Assembly: GCA_051294375.1 (NCBI GenBank)
Contig: CM119265.1
Span: 1,298,726-1,362,725 of the forward strand
DNA from: Paraspadella gotoi
Taxonomy: Eukaryota; Animalia; Chaetognatha
Direction of reading: 5' to 3'
Length of the DNA stretch: 64,000 bases
The notes beneath the pieces are model-generated. The model had not been told where the DNA came from, searched no databases, and was given only the letters and a program-made list of their open reading frames with translations. Shown here in pieces: positions 1 to 12,810 of the stretch. The translations under genes were made by a program, and so were the position numbers. How positions within the stretch are numbered: the stretch's first letter is position 1; every line of letters starts with the position of its first letter.

Positions 1-712
1 GTCTGGGGTTAATTCAGGTAGATCATTCAGGTGAACGGAAGCGCTGGGAAAAATTCAGGTGTTTGTGTATCCAGATGCGGAAGGATTAATTCCGGGGGAT
101 AAATTCATGCGTTGATGGATTATTTTAAGTGGGGAGTTGAATCTGCCGCTGGTGTGTTTATTCANNNNNNNNNNNNNNNNNNNNNNNNNNNNNNNNNNNN
201 NNNNNNNNNNNNNNNNNNNNNNNNNNNNNNNNNNNNNNNNNNNNNNNNNNNNNNNNNNNNNNNNNNNNNNNNNNNNNNNNNNNNNNNNNNNNNNNNNNNN
301 NNNNNNNNNNNNNNNNNNNNNNNNNNNNNNNNNNNNNNNNNNNNNNNNNNNNNNNNNNNNNNGAGGATTCGTTCAAGTGACAAAAAAATGATTTTCTGTC
401 ACTGAGATCTATTCAGATTAAGGATGGAGTCGACGATGTCACTAAGATCGATTAAGATAAACAAAATTGGTATTTGTTCTTTTGGGAGAAGAAAATTCCT
501 TTTCTTTTTTCTTCCTTTTTTCTTCCTTTTTTCTTCCTTTTTTCTTCCTTTTTTTTCAGATGAAATCAGAAAATTAAATCTGTGTTTGCGTTTTTTTGTC
601 TTTTGTTTTTTTTCCTTTTTTTCGTTTTTGTCCTCATCCTTTTTGTTTGTCTTCTCTTTCATTTTCTTTCGCTAAAATGAAAAACGATTTTGGAATCGGG
701 TCCTGAGTTACC

Positions 713-747
<35 letters not shown>

Positions 748-945
748 NNNNNNNNNNNNNNNNNNNNNNNNNNNNNNNNNNNNNNNNNNNNNNNNNNNNN
801 NNNNNNNNNNNNNNNNNNNNNNNNNNNNNNNNNNNNNNNNNNNNNNNNNNNNNNNNNNNNNNNNNNNNNNNNNNNNNNNNNNNNNNNNNNNNNNNNNNNN
901 NNNNNNNNNNNNNNNNNNNNNNNNNNNNNNNNNNNNNNNNNNNNN

Positions 946-979
<34 letters not shown>

Positions 980-1313
980 AAACTCTCATATTTTATTGAC
1001 ATTTCTTTTATATGAAATTGGTACAACCAATATAAAAATATAATAATAATATAATATAATAATAATAATAATTAATTTTTTTATCTGATTAACTCTTGTA
1101 ATATTTTTACGTATTTTTTTTGTTTTTAGAAAATATACGGCTTATTCCTTTTTTTTTTCCATTAGATATTATTTATATAAACGGATTTGTTATCGAAATA
1201 CGTTATATTTCCAGAGACCTCGCGTGTTAGTGAAAAAAAACTGTCAGAAAATAGATAAATTTGATAATTTTGTCTGGGGGCTACGAATATTTATGGTAAC
1301 GATAAGAAGATAA

Positions 1314-1400
<87 letters not shown>

Positions 1401-1678
1401 ATCAACCAATCCATTGATATTTAAATCAATCAATCAATCAATCAATTAAAATCTATCCTTCCTTGGGTTTCTATGAATGAGGGGAAGCTTTACTTTATTT
1501 AGTTGGCAATATATTAATTTTATTGATTGATTATTTCGGTTTTGTGATTTATTACTAACGACCTATCAACGTTTTCCTTTCCTCGACTCCTGATCAATCC
1601 TATTTGATTGATCTATATGATTGGCGGCTCGATCCTTCTGATTGGTCAATTGGCTTTCCCTTTTATTTTTCTTCTCAG

Positions 1679-1769
1679 GTGCAACAATGACGATTGCGTC
1701 TCTGCCGAATCTGTTTGCGACGAAGTCAACGACTGCGGCGATAATTCTGACGAAATCGGGTGCCACTGA
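1679..1769 (+). CDS. Terminal coding exon encoding an LDL-receptor class A (LDLa) repeat; the rest of the gene lies upstream or in gaps
   Basis: Polypyrimidine tract and CAG acceptor (1676-1678), then the frame from 1680 reads CNNDDCVSAESVCDEVNDCGDNSDEIGCH-stop (TGA 1767-1769). This fits the LDLa pattern C-x-N-x-x-C-[IV]-x5-C-D-x3-D-C-x-D-x-S-D-E-x2-C. Absent from the ORF track. Confidence 0.8.
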
Positions 1770-1920
1770 GACAGAGTCACTCTCTCTCTCTCTCTCTCTN
1801 NNNNNNNNNNNNNNNNNNNNNNNNNNNNNNNNNNNNTCTCCACTCATTGTATTGATCTTAAGATTATTTTAATTAAAAAACTGTGTTTTTTCTTCTTCTA
1901 ATTTTGTGCGTTAAAACGCT

Positions 1921-2190
1921 GACCTTATTTTCCCAGAACCCCCCATTTTTAATCTAAATTTTGAATTAGCTTTATTATCTGGATGAGAGATTAAAAGTTA
2001 GGGATAAGGATTTGGTTAGTATTTAAGGATATATAATTGTTTGGTGATGAGGAATTAAGGATAGGGGTTAGGGTTAGAAACTAGAGTTAAAGGTTTTGGG
2101 TTAAAGTTTAGGGATTAGGGTTAGCGGTTTGGTTAAAAATATATTTAGGATAGATATTGATATGAAAATTGAATTCTGGGAGAAAGTAAC
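1921..2190. mobile_element. MITE-like dispersed repeat with a degenerate (TTAGGG)-like core
   Basis: Starts GACCTTATTTTCCCAGAAC and ends TTCTGGGAGAAAG (imperfect inverted termini), with internal GGGTTA/GGATTA hexamers. Related termini recur near 12743, 15035, 30485 and 62825. Confidence 0.4.
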
Positions 2191-3054
2191 AGAAATGGAT
2201 CTTTATTCTTTGTTATTTTTTTCTATTCTTCTTTGTCGTCGTCGTCGTCGTCGCTTTTGTTTTCAATTTCAATCTCTTGTTTTTTATCGACGCATTTTGT
2301 TTCTCTTCAATAAAAAACAAAACACAAAATCAAAATGAAAATTTTTTTNNNNNNNNNNNNNNNNNNNNNNNNNNNNNNNNNNNNNNNNNNNNNNNNNNNN
2401 NNNNNNNNNNNNNNNNNNNNNNNNNNNNNNNNNNNNNNNNNNNNNNNNNNNNNNNNNNNNNNNNNNNNNNNNNNNNNNNNNNNNNNNNNNNNNNNNNNNN
2501 NNNNNNNNNNNNNNNNNNNNNNNNNNNNNNNNNNNNNNNNNNNNNNNNNNNNNNNNNNNNNNNNNNNNNNNNNNNNNNNNNNNNNNNNNNNNNNNNNNNN
2601 NNNNNNNNNNNNNNNNNNNNNNNNNNNNNNNNNNNNNNGAGAGAGAGAGAGAGAGAGAGAGATTAGCTTTTAGTTTGAATAATAGTCAAAAAGTGGAATT
2701 AGGTGTTCCTTTCAAAGAAAAGAAAAGAAAAGAAAAGAAAAGAAAAGAAAAGNNNNNNNNNNAAAAGAAAAGAAAAGAAAAGAAAAGAAAAGAAATCAAA
2801 AGATAACAAAAGAAATGAAAAAATAGAAAAGAAAAAAAAATAAAAGAAAAATAGAAAAGAAAAGAAAAGAAAAGAAAAGAAAAGAAAAGAAAAGAAAAGA
2901 AAGGAAAAAAGAAAATAAAACAAATGAAATTAAACGACAAAAATGAAAAAAATATTGGAATAATAGGAAAAAATCAATGAAAAGAGTAAAGAAAACAAAT
3001 TAATAAACTAAAAAAAATAAGAACAAAACGTGAAAACGTCTGTTCCAGTATCAA

Positions 3055-3092
<38 letters not shown>

Positions 3093-3099
3093 TGTGATC

Positions 3100-3113
3100 G
3101 TTGCCATAGCAAC
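3100..3113. promoter_or_regulatory. Candidate RFX X-box
   Basis: GTTGCCATAGCAAC matches the palindromic X-box consensus GTTGCCATRGCAAC and lies in a CpG-rich patch. Function untested. Confidence 0.3.
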
Positions 3114-3163
3114 GGCGAGGACGACGACGCTTACGCCCACCTCATAGAAGTTGCGCGATTTTC

Positions 3164-3215
<52 letters not shown>

Positions 3216-3269
3216 GCGTTCCTCCTTCCTCTTCCTTTTTCCTTCACTCATATTTTTCTGATTCACAGA

Positions 3270-6200
3270 TTTCGCGTCGANNNNNNNNNNNNNNNNNNNN
3301 NNNNNNNNNNNNNNNNNNNNNNNNNNNNNNNNNNNNNNNNNNNNNNNNNNNNNNNNNNNNNNNNNNNNNNNNNNNNNNNNNNNNNNNNNNNNNNNNNNNN
3401 NNNNNNNNNNNNNNNNNNNNNNNNNNNNNNNNNNNNNNNNNNNNNNNNNNNNNNNNNNNNNNNNNNNNNNNNNNNNNNNNNNNNNNNNNNNNNNNNNNNN
3501 NNNNNNNNNNNNNNNNNNNNNNNNNNNNNNNNNNNNNNNNNNNNNNNNNNNNNNNNNNNNNNNNNNNNCTTTGATATAAAAAGAAACGAATTTAATCTCG
3601 AGATACGAATTCGCAAAAAAGTTCGAAAGAAAGAAAAAAGGAGAAAATTAATTAATTATTAAGTAAGTAAAAATTTATTAAAGTATTTTTTTGGATTTTT
3701 AATAAATTTTTCTTTCCTTTTTTTAATTGTATTTTTTTTCTTTTTTTATTTATTTTCTTATGAAATTGTTACAACCAATATGAAAATTAGTCNNNNNNNN
3801 NNNNNNNNNNNNNNNNNNNNNNNNNNNNNNNNNNNNNNNNNNNNNNNNNNNNNNNNNNNNNNNNNNNNNNNNNNNNNNNNNNNNNNNNNNNNNNNNNNNN
3901 NNNNNNNNNNNNNNNNNNNNNNNNNNNNNNNNNNNNNNNNNNNNNNNNNNNNNNNNNNNNNNNNNNNNNNNNNNNNNNNNNNNNNNNNNNNNNNNNNNNN
4001 NNNNNNNNNNNNNNNNNNNNNNNNNNNNNNNNNNNNNNNNNNNNNNNNCTCCAGATGAACTCGCGCCGCCTTTTGTTTGTTTGTTTGTAATTTGCGCAGC
4101 TAATTACGCGAAGATTAAAAGGACGAAGGTCAGAAAAAAGTAATCAGAGAGAGAGACAGAGAGAGAGAGAGAGNNNNNNNNNNNNNNNNNNNNNNNNNNN
4201 NNNNNNNNNNNNNNNNNNNNNNNNNNNNNNNNNNNNNNNNNNNNNNNNNNNNNNNNNNNNNNNNNNNNNNNNNNNNNNNNNNNNNNNNNNNNNNNNNNNN
4301 NNNNNNNNNNNNNNNNNNNNNNNNNNNNNNNNNNNNNNNNNNNNNNNNNNNNNNNNNNGCCGTCATGAGGGACTTTCTGTTAAAAGGTTTTTTACTGTAG
4401 CGGAGGTTGTGTAAAAGGGAAAGGCGAAAGTAAAAGGGAAAGAAAGAGACAAGGAACTAAGGTAACGGGCGTTAAACCCACTCTCTCTCTCATATCTCGT
4501 CACATCTCTCTCATATCTCTCATCTCTCTCAGTCTTCTCATCTCTCTTTCTCTCTCTCTCTCTACTCCTATTCTCTTCTTCTATTCTCCTCCTCTCTCTT
4601 TTCTCTGTTCTCTTCTCTTCTTTTCTCCCTCTTTTCTTCCCTTCGCTCCCCTACTCTCTCTTCTCTATCTCTCTCTCATCTCTCTCTCTCTCTCATCCTT
4701 TCTCCTCTCTCTCTTCTCTCTCCTCACTCTCTCTCTTTGTTTTCTTCCCTTCTTCCTCTTTCCCTTCCCCCTCTCTCTCTCTCTCTCTATCTCTTTCTCT
4801 CTCTCTTTGTTTCTTTCCCATTCTTTTCCTCTTTCTCTCCTTCCCTCTCCCTCTCTCCCCTATCACTCTCTCTCTCTTTTTTTCTCTCTCCTTCTTTCTC
4901 GCTATCTCTCACTAGTTTCTCTTTCCTTCTTTTCCCTCCTCCTCTTCTCCTTCTCCTCCGTGGAAGGAGGATCTGCTTACTTTCTCTTCTCATCTCTTTC
5001 TTTTTCTTTCTTCTTCTATTCTTTCTATTTTCTTTTCTTTCATTTATTTCTTTCTTTTCCTCTCTTCTTTCTTTCTTTCCTTTCTCCTCTTTACTATTCA
5101 GTTTATATCCAAATGTCTCTTCTCCTTTATTCCCTTTTACCTTTCCATGCCTTTCCCTCTTTTAAAAACCTCCGAGCATTTTTAACTATCTAAAAACAGA
5201 AAAAAAAAACGCTTTTAACAAGAAAAGTCCCTCATAGAAACTGGCATTCTGACGAGAAAAAAAAAGTTGTTTTATTTCTCGTTGTTCGAAGAAGAAATTG
5301 GGGTCGCTCTCTCTCTCTCTCTGTGTCTCTCTCTCTCTCTCTCTGTTCTCCTCTCTCTCTCTCTCTCTCTCGCATCACCTCTCGAGGAAATCTCTCTCAT
5401 TCTCTCTTGATCTACGATCACTCATCGCATCCTCTCACACTCACTCTCTCTACTCCTCCGTTCTCGTCCCTTTCTTCTCTCAGTCTCTCTCGTGTCTCTT
5501 CTCTGATTACTTTTTTCTGACGTTTCGTCCTTTTTCAATCTGATCCAGCGTTTAATTAGCTGCGCAAATATACAAACAAACAAAGACAAAACCATAAAAA
5601 AGGCGGCGAAGTAGTATCCATACATGGAGAAAAATAAAGGGGCACGTTTGAAGAGAGTTCAGAGAAAAGAAATGAAGAACAGAGAAGGATGAAGAAAGAA
5701 AAGAACAAAAAAGAAAGTAAATAAAGAAAGAAAGAAAAAAAGAAATAAGAAGGAGAGAAACGGGAAAAACAAGAAAGAAAAGAAAAGAAAGAAAGAAAAA
5801 ACTAAAGACGATAAAAATAGGAATAGCAATAATTCATAATTAATACTAAAGAAAAATCGTAAATGGTTTTTTATACCACAATTCTTTCCAAAAGCTATAA
5901 TTGAAAACATTCTTTTGGAAACTGAATTATAACAGTCTTTGTTGCAAAAAAAAAAAGAGGACACTAATGCCTCTCATTCATATCACTCCCCTCTCCGTCC
6001 AATTAAATGTAACAAGACTGTAACACAACGAGACTGTAGCTGAGAGAGTCTTCGAATTCTGAAGCTAGCCAGGGAACCTGCAATGTCAATTATCTTGTTA
6101 AGAGGTGATGATGCCTTAAACCCACCAAAGCCTGTCTAAGTCACAATAGCTCTTCCTCAACGTGCGATAAGGAATTAGACTCGCGTATTGTTAATATGGA

Positions 6201-6585
6201 ATGACTAATATTTTCATATTGGTTATTGTAACAATTTCAACATAAGAAAAATAAAAATAAAAAAAGAAAAAAAAAAAAAAAAAAATAACAATTAAAAAAA
6301 GGAAAAGACAAAATAATTGTTAAAAATCCAAAAAAATACTTTAATAAATTTTTACTTACTTAAATTAAATATTAATTTTCTCCTCTTTTTCTATTATTTC
6401 TTTACTTTCGAACTTTTTTTCGACATTCATCCTCAGAGCATTTTAAATTCTAGTTTTCTTTTTTATATCAAACGTTAGTGATTTTCTTAAATAATCAGGA
6501 AAACAAATTTTCATTGAAATTAAAAAACTTAAAATATGGAATAAATTTGTGAAAAGACTCAGGAAAAATATTTCATCGACGCTGN
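3270..6585. repeat. Large inverted duplication (3270-4170 versus 5480-6585), probably an assembly fold-back
   Basis: 4050-4170 is the reverse complement of about 5480-5625, and 3570-3790 is the reverse complement of about 6210-6470. The right-hand copy has many single-base insertions and the block is bounded by N-gaps. Confidence 0.7.
6030..6240 (+). repeat. Dispersed repeat family R1 (about 190 bp), noisy copy
   Basis: Contains CCTTAAACCCACCAAAGCCTGTC and a degraded ATATTGGTTGTACCAATTTCA end shared with copies at 15283, 28585, 37826 and 61090. Confidence 0.65.
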
Positions 6586-8699
6586 NNNNNNNNNNNNNNN
6601 NNNNNNNNNTATATTTTTCGCCCTCGCGTCAGAACTAAAACCATAAACTTCAACCCAAAGTCTAAAGTTGAATAACAACAACAAGAACAACATAAGCAAC
6701 AATCACAACAACAACAACAAAAACAACCTAAATAACAGAAGAAACAAAAACTACATGAACAACATTTAGTCCGTCATTGAGCCCAGTTTACCCCTCCTAT
6801 AAACATGTGTATTACCATTGGCTCATGATCATTAGGTAACGGGATCGATCCCCAATGATACCTATCCTGCGTGAACTCCCCGGAGGCGAGGAAAACCCTC
6901 AAGCCTGGTTTCAAACCCAGAATCCATGGCTTGTCGCAAAGGGAAGGAAAGATCAATGATTCTTTCTTAATTCTATCCTCAAATTAATGAGTGAGATATT
7001 TATCGTTTCCTGAGATTGCCTTTCTCTACGGACCTTACCTTTTCCTTCCGTGAATTATGTCGATGGACGTTCTGGTCCCGAGAATTCTCGTTGAGTGGGA
7101 TTTGAACTTATCCTTGGAAGTAGTTTTGGGTCGACCTAAAGTACACGAAGTAGGATTGGAGGAATTGAACTCGGGTCGCTTCAGGAAAAGAAAGAAAAAG
7201 AATGGTTGAGACAAAAGTGAAAAAAAGAGGACGTTCTTAAATCTTAAATCTTTTAAATTTTGAATTTTAGATTTCTCAAAAGGAGAATCCACATTTGTAA
7301 GTTAAAAGATAGACGAGTGGGCGAAAATAAAAGGAGAAAAAAACTACGTATTACGTAGCTTTACAAAAACCGGGAAACTTTCTTGTGAACTGATGTTGGC
7401 ATTTGGCAGCGAGTCTTTACAACGAAGTTGGGATCACGTGACTTCATGGAGCAATAATTTGAACCAAGGGTTTCCTAAGCTGATTACAGGCGCATTTTTT
7501 CTAGCGAGATGAACCCAGATAAGCCTGGGATGCTTTATTTTCCCGTAACGATCCTCTATATTTCGATGAAATCCAGACTTCTCTACTTCTTCCGATGCTC
7601 TTTTGTTCATTTTCACTGACTCAGAAAAGGCCTTCGTTTCAGCGATTACAGCGACATCTTTTGTTTCAGACTTTTATTTTAGTATATACTTAAGTACAGA
7701 ATTCTGAGGCAGTGCATGGCGGATTCTGATTGGTTCATCGGATTTCGATAGATTCTAATTACGATTTATCAAGAAACTATTTTTTAATCGCTGGATTGGT
7801 GGACTTTTCTGTGAGAGAAGCAACCTTTTGTTACTATTTTGGCTTCAGAAACAAGTAAGAAAGATTTTATAAACTTTATATATATTTGCTGAGTTTGTAC
7901 TAAATGTTTTGTTAACCTTTGCCCAGGACTTCTTTAAAGTAACTTGCATCGTCAAGTCCTGGGCTTCGCCTTCTGGCTGAGATTTTGTCGTCCTCAACTA
8001 CTGAGCGTCTTTGACCGACGCCATCGTCCCCTCTGCGCCATTTTGCCACAAATACCAAAGCTTGATTTGGCGTAGAGTTTGCCCGTAAAAGTTAGCAAGT
8101 CAAAGAAAACATCTTTCCGAACCTAGTTCAAAACAGCCCCATTGTACAGGGAGGTCCAGCTCTTGTAAAAAAGTGTAATGACAACACAATCAATGAAAAA
8201 GATTTCCCTTCGACAATCATGACCTTCTCCAAAGGTTCAGAGAAGGCGGCATATGCTTTTTCGACCGCGCCAGTAGGGAATGCTGTCATTTCTGTCACTA
8301 TTTTTGCTGTCAGAAAGTTGACAGTTTTAGAGGGGATACATAGGACATTCTGCTTCTTACATTTTTGTTACATTTCATTTCATTACATTACATTACATTA
8401 CATTTCATTCTTACATTTCCTCAACATAAACCGTTTTTGTGCTGTTACAGATTATTATAAAATTAAGATTATTATTAAAGATTATTAGTGATTAAAGTTA
8501 GTGATTTTGGTTAGGGATAGATGTTTCGGGTCAAAGGTTAGAGTTACAGGTTAGGGTTTAAAGTTTGGGATAAGTATTAAGGTTTAAAAACAATTTTTAA
8601 ATGAAATATTAAAATTAGAATTAAATTGTGGGATAAAGAAACAAAAACGAGGCAGACTCGAAAAAGAGAGCCGACGTTGTTTCATTTTCTTTGACAGTT

Positions 8700-8790
8700 T
8701 GTCAATGAAAACATCTCTTTGTCAATGAAAACATCTCAATGAAAACATCTCATCAATGAAAACATCTCTTTGTCAATGAAAACATCTCTG
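8700..8790. repeat. Minisatellite, about 20-bp unit GTCAATGAAAACATCTCTTT
   Basis: Five partial or complete units are visible directly. Confidence 0.8.
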
Positions 8791-9051
8791 CGTTGATTAA
8801 GCGATTGGATCCATGCGAACGATATTTAAAGCGATGAATCGGAAGGCGATATCAGGCGTTAAATCAGGCGTTAATTCAGGCGGTCGAGTGAGAGAAAAGA
8901 TAAGATGGTGACATAAAGATAATTGATGACATAAAGATGATGACATAAAGATAAATTTTGTGATTTATATTTTCTTTTCTCTTTCCTTTTCGCGCGAAAG
9001 AGAAACTTTGTTTTATTGAAGACATTTGGAGATATTTATGGAACGAGATTG

Positions 9052-9179
<128 letters not shown>

Positions 9180-9854
9180 CTCTATCATTTCCTCATTTTT
9201 TCCTTTTTGACAGACTTTGTTTCCTTTTTTATGTCGGAAATTCTATTTTTATCTCATTTAATTTTCACAGTAAAAAACCTCAAACAAAACAACACAACTT
9301 GTTTTGTTAATGTTTATTAATGTTTAATAACAACTTGAAATTAATTTTTTTTGCGAAGATGTCAAAATTGTCAAATTGATGGCTGATCGCATCTCTTAAT
9401 AATCACGCGTAATTAATAATTTTTAATTCAGTATCCAAGATTACAGTATAAATATTTTCAGCTTTATTGACCTCTTCCAGGTCCAGAGGGGCAGTTCGTT
9501 TATAAGAGATTCATTCTCAGGTCTTTGGGCAAGCAATTAAAGCAGCTTAGCTTAATAACAACAAAGCATCAAAATTGGGGCTAAAATGATTGTTGAGAAG
9601 ATGCAGATCTGTGTGCGCTGATCAAAATATGGCAAGTTAAACCTGGGAAAGTATGAAAGGCGGCTGTGGCTAACAGTATGATTTGATTTCCTTTTAAAAG
9701 ATGAGTAGTTTTAAAAAACAACACTATCAACTGCATCAATTTTTTTTTTGACAAAAGAATTGGTGTAAATCCTATCTATTTCGTTGCGATTTCGAAATGT
9801 AGAGAAAACAAAGTTTTATTTTTGTGACAAAACAACGATTTTTTATTTAACATT

Positions 9855-9897
9855 AGCAGACATGTTTCGACTCTTGTTTCGACTCATCATCAGCGCT
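9855..9897 (-). ncRNA. Minimal type I hammerhead ribozyme-like motif (Penelope-like element terminus)
   Basis: Minus strand reads AGCG-CUGAUGA-UGAGUCGAAACAAGAGUC-GAA-ACAUGU-C-UGCU: core boxes CUGAUGA and GAAA, palindromic helix III ACAUGU, cleavage triplet GUC, 4-bp helix I (AGCG/UGCU), and helix II with one G-G mismatch. Confidence 0.5.
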
Positions 9898-9914
9898 TTT
9901 ACAGTTTGTAAAAA

Positions 9915-10335
9915 TTTATATTAATTAATTATTATTAATAATTAATTATTAATTATTAATCATTAATTAATGCAGCCTGAATTTATATTTAACATAAAAA
10001 AGTATAATCAAATAGTGATATAGATTGTTTGTTTTTTTCCATTTTAACTCATTTCCACTTTGACGATTCCATCGAAACTTTATTTCCTGCTCAATCGCAC
10101 ACTTTACTACTCACGCACGAAATTTCATTCCAATCCATTCATCCAATTTGTGTTTTTTGCTAAGGTGGTACGGACGGACGGACAGACTGACAGACAGACA
10201 TGTGGACAGACAGACAGACGGACGGATGGACATCATTTTTTCGAATAATTTATCATAATTCGATGTTCTGACATGATATAAGCGAATGCCCGACAAGATT
10301 GAGGGGGCGGAAGACGGACCGACCAAGTGAATTAT
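9915..10335 (-). mobile_element. Partial HINE/DINE-1-like non-autonomous Helentron, family H1
   Basis: Reverse complement of the internal part of the 40983 copy (GACATGATATAAG, ATCATAATTCGATGTTCTGAC, GGAC/AGAC microsatellite, AACTCATTTCCACT). Confidence 0.65.
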
Positions 10336-10979
10336 GGAACTGGAATCTTCTGTAAGCAAATCCGGTAAAAAAACATCTTTTGCTCGATGAGAGATCATTT
10401 TTTCGAGCGATGACGAGTTTGTCCTAACGAGTTTGTCCTAACGAGTTTGTCCTAACATGTTCCGAAGGCATTTTAAACACGTTTCAATCCAATTTTAATC
10501 AATATTTTTGGCATTTCAAAAACGTCAATGATTTTTTCATCAAATGGTATGAACAAAAATTGTCTTAATGTTTGGTAGGTAATGTGTGATTAATATATAC
10601 TTCAGGTCAAACGATTTGGCTCACGGGATAGCTCCGCCTTCAGGAAATCCTTAGAGGAATAAAAGTAGGAATTTTGATGAAGTGCATGTCATAAAAACAA
10701 GGGCTAAAATAGTTATTGTAGTCATGTTATGTCATGTCATGTCAGTCACCGCGGTGCAACACATTTCAATTACCGTTCTTTTTTTTTCTGCATATGTGTA
10801 TTGATATAACTTTAATTACAATTAATTTTTGTTTTTAATTGAATTTCTATTTGCGCCATATTGATTATATGAACCCTTTTTTCAGATAAAAATCACGAAC
10901 TTGGATTTTGCAAAAATGTCGGCGGTAAATATGACCGTGTTCGGAATGGATTATGGGAATGTCACCAATAGGTAAGAGA

Positions 10980-11039
<60 letters not shown>

Positions 11040-11255
11040 GAGAGAGAAAGAGAGAAAGAGAGACAGTCACCGGGGATCAAATGAAAATTTATGAGAAAAG
11101 CTGATGACGTTTATTTCCTCGTTACTTTTCTCAGCGACAGAGAAGTAGAGTGAGTTCTCACCGGGAACAGAGAAGTAGAGTGAGTTCTCGCCGGGAACTC
11201 TGAATGAAAAGGGACGTCATAGTGGAATATGAGATTTTGAGGAAGGGAGAGGGAT

Positions 11256-11348
<93 letters not shown>

Positions 11349-11394
11349 AAGCATTCTCGAACATTTTCTCCTTCGTTAAAATATTCTGCTTTCG

Positions 11395-11428
<34 letters not shown>

Positions 11429-12810
11429 CGTTCCTTTGTTGACGTTCGACAAACAAAGGATGAAGCCTGAAGCAAAGGGAAAAGCCTTTTGCGATAATCA
11501 TAGTCAAAAACAATGAAATCGGAATAAAATCACAATAAATTATGAATAAAAACAAAATAAAAGAGTGATTCGCTCCTTAAGTTGCGCCAACGGAAATCAA
11601 CCTGAAGTTGCTGTATAAATTCATGGAAATCGCAGACAACTAAACATGTACTAAATAAAAAATCTCATATCGTTAAGACATGAATCCTAAAATCATCGAT
11701 CACAAATTATAGATCACAAATCATAGATCACAAATCATTAATCACAAATCATAGATCCAGTAAAACTTAAGTCACAAAAAAAATCGCCAATGATAAATCA
11801 TAAAAAAATCATGAAATTTGATCACAAAACTTAAAATCACGATTTTCCCTTGAGTCAAGAATGATGAATCCTGAATCCCAACTAGGGAATCGAGAATTGA
11901 GAATCATGAATCAGATGAATTATGAATCAGAGATTTGGAATTATGAATCTCTCACAGCTTCTTCTCTTTCTTCTCTTTCTTCTCTTTCTTCTCTTTCTCG
12001 AGAAATCGAATCTTCGTTGAACTCGGTTTTTTTTTGGTCTAACTTTATATTTTTGTTTTCTTAACCTGTTTTTTATGTTTTCTAGTTGTTTTTTTCTTTC
12101 AGTTTAATTTTTTTTGTTTTAAAATATTCTTTTTCTTGGTATTTTTGTTTATATAAAACCTTTTTGTTATTTTTTTTCTTTTTGCAACTTTTCTTTTTAT
12201 TTTTTTCCTTAAAATCACGAATCTTACTTTAATAATTTCGCATTTTAATGTAATATTTATATTTTTGTATGTAATTATTAATCACATGGACCCTAAATTT
12301 TTGTTCTGTTCCTTTCGTAATTACGTGAAGTCATTCGTGAGAAAGTCAGGTCATTTTAAAAATAATTTGAAAATTAAAAATTTGAAATTTGATTCAGAGG
12401 AGCAATATTTTTTTGAAAAATATGATCAGGTCTAAACTTTTTGTTTGAAATTATATTTTTGGCCTTTTTCTTTGTTATGCAAATTCATTTTATTTACAAA
12501 TACAATTTCTGCAATAAAGTTTTGCTGTTTGTTTTTGCCATATTCCATCTGCTTTTGCGCCTCGCAATCTATTAACTTCCATACATTTTTCCATTTGCCA
12601 GTTACCACCAGCCGCTTGCCAGTCACAACCGTCTACCATTTACCATCGACCGACCACAATAATAATGATGGCTTTCGTTCATTCGTTTTTAATTTCACAA
12701 ACGAAGATTTATAATTTAAATTTCTGTGGCCTCGATATTTTCGGCCTTATTTTCATAAAACTGCCCTTTTCATCTTAAATTCTAAATTTTAGAATTCGGT
12801 TAGATCATTT

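Noticed and set aside
2060-2130. True telomere (also 8500, 13260, 42850)
   Set aside because: Short, degenerate and internal; better explained as cores of dispersed elements.
112-5543. ORFs rich in X, ER, SL, F or K (and similar ORFs throughout the window)
   Set aside because: They are translations of N-gaps and (AG/CT)n or A/T-rich simple repeats, with no domain signal.
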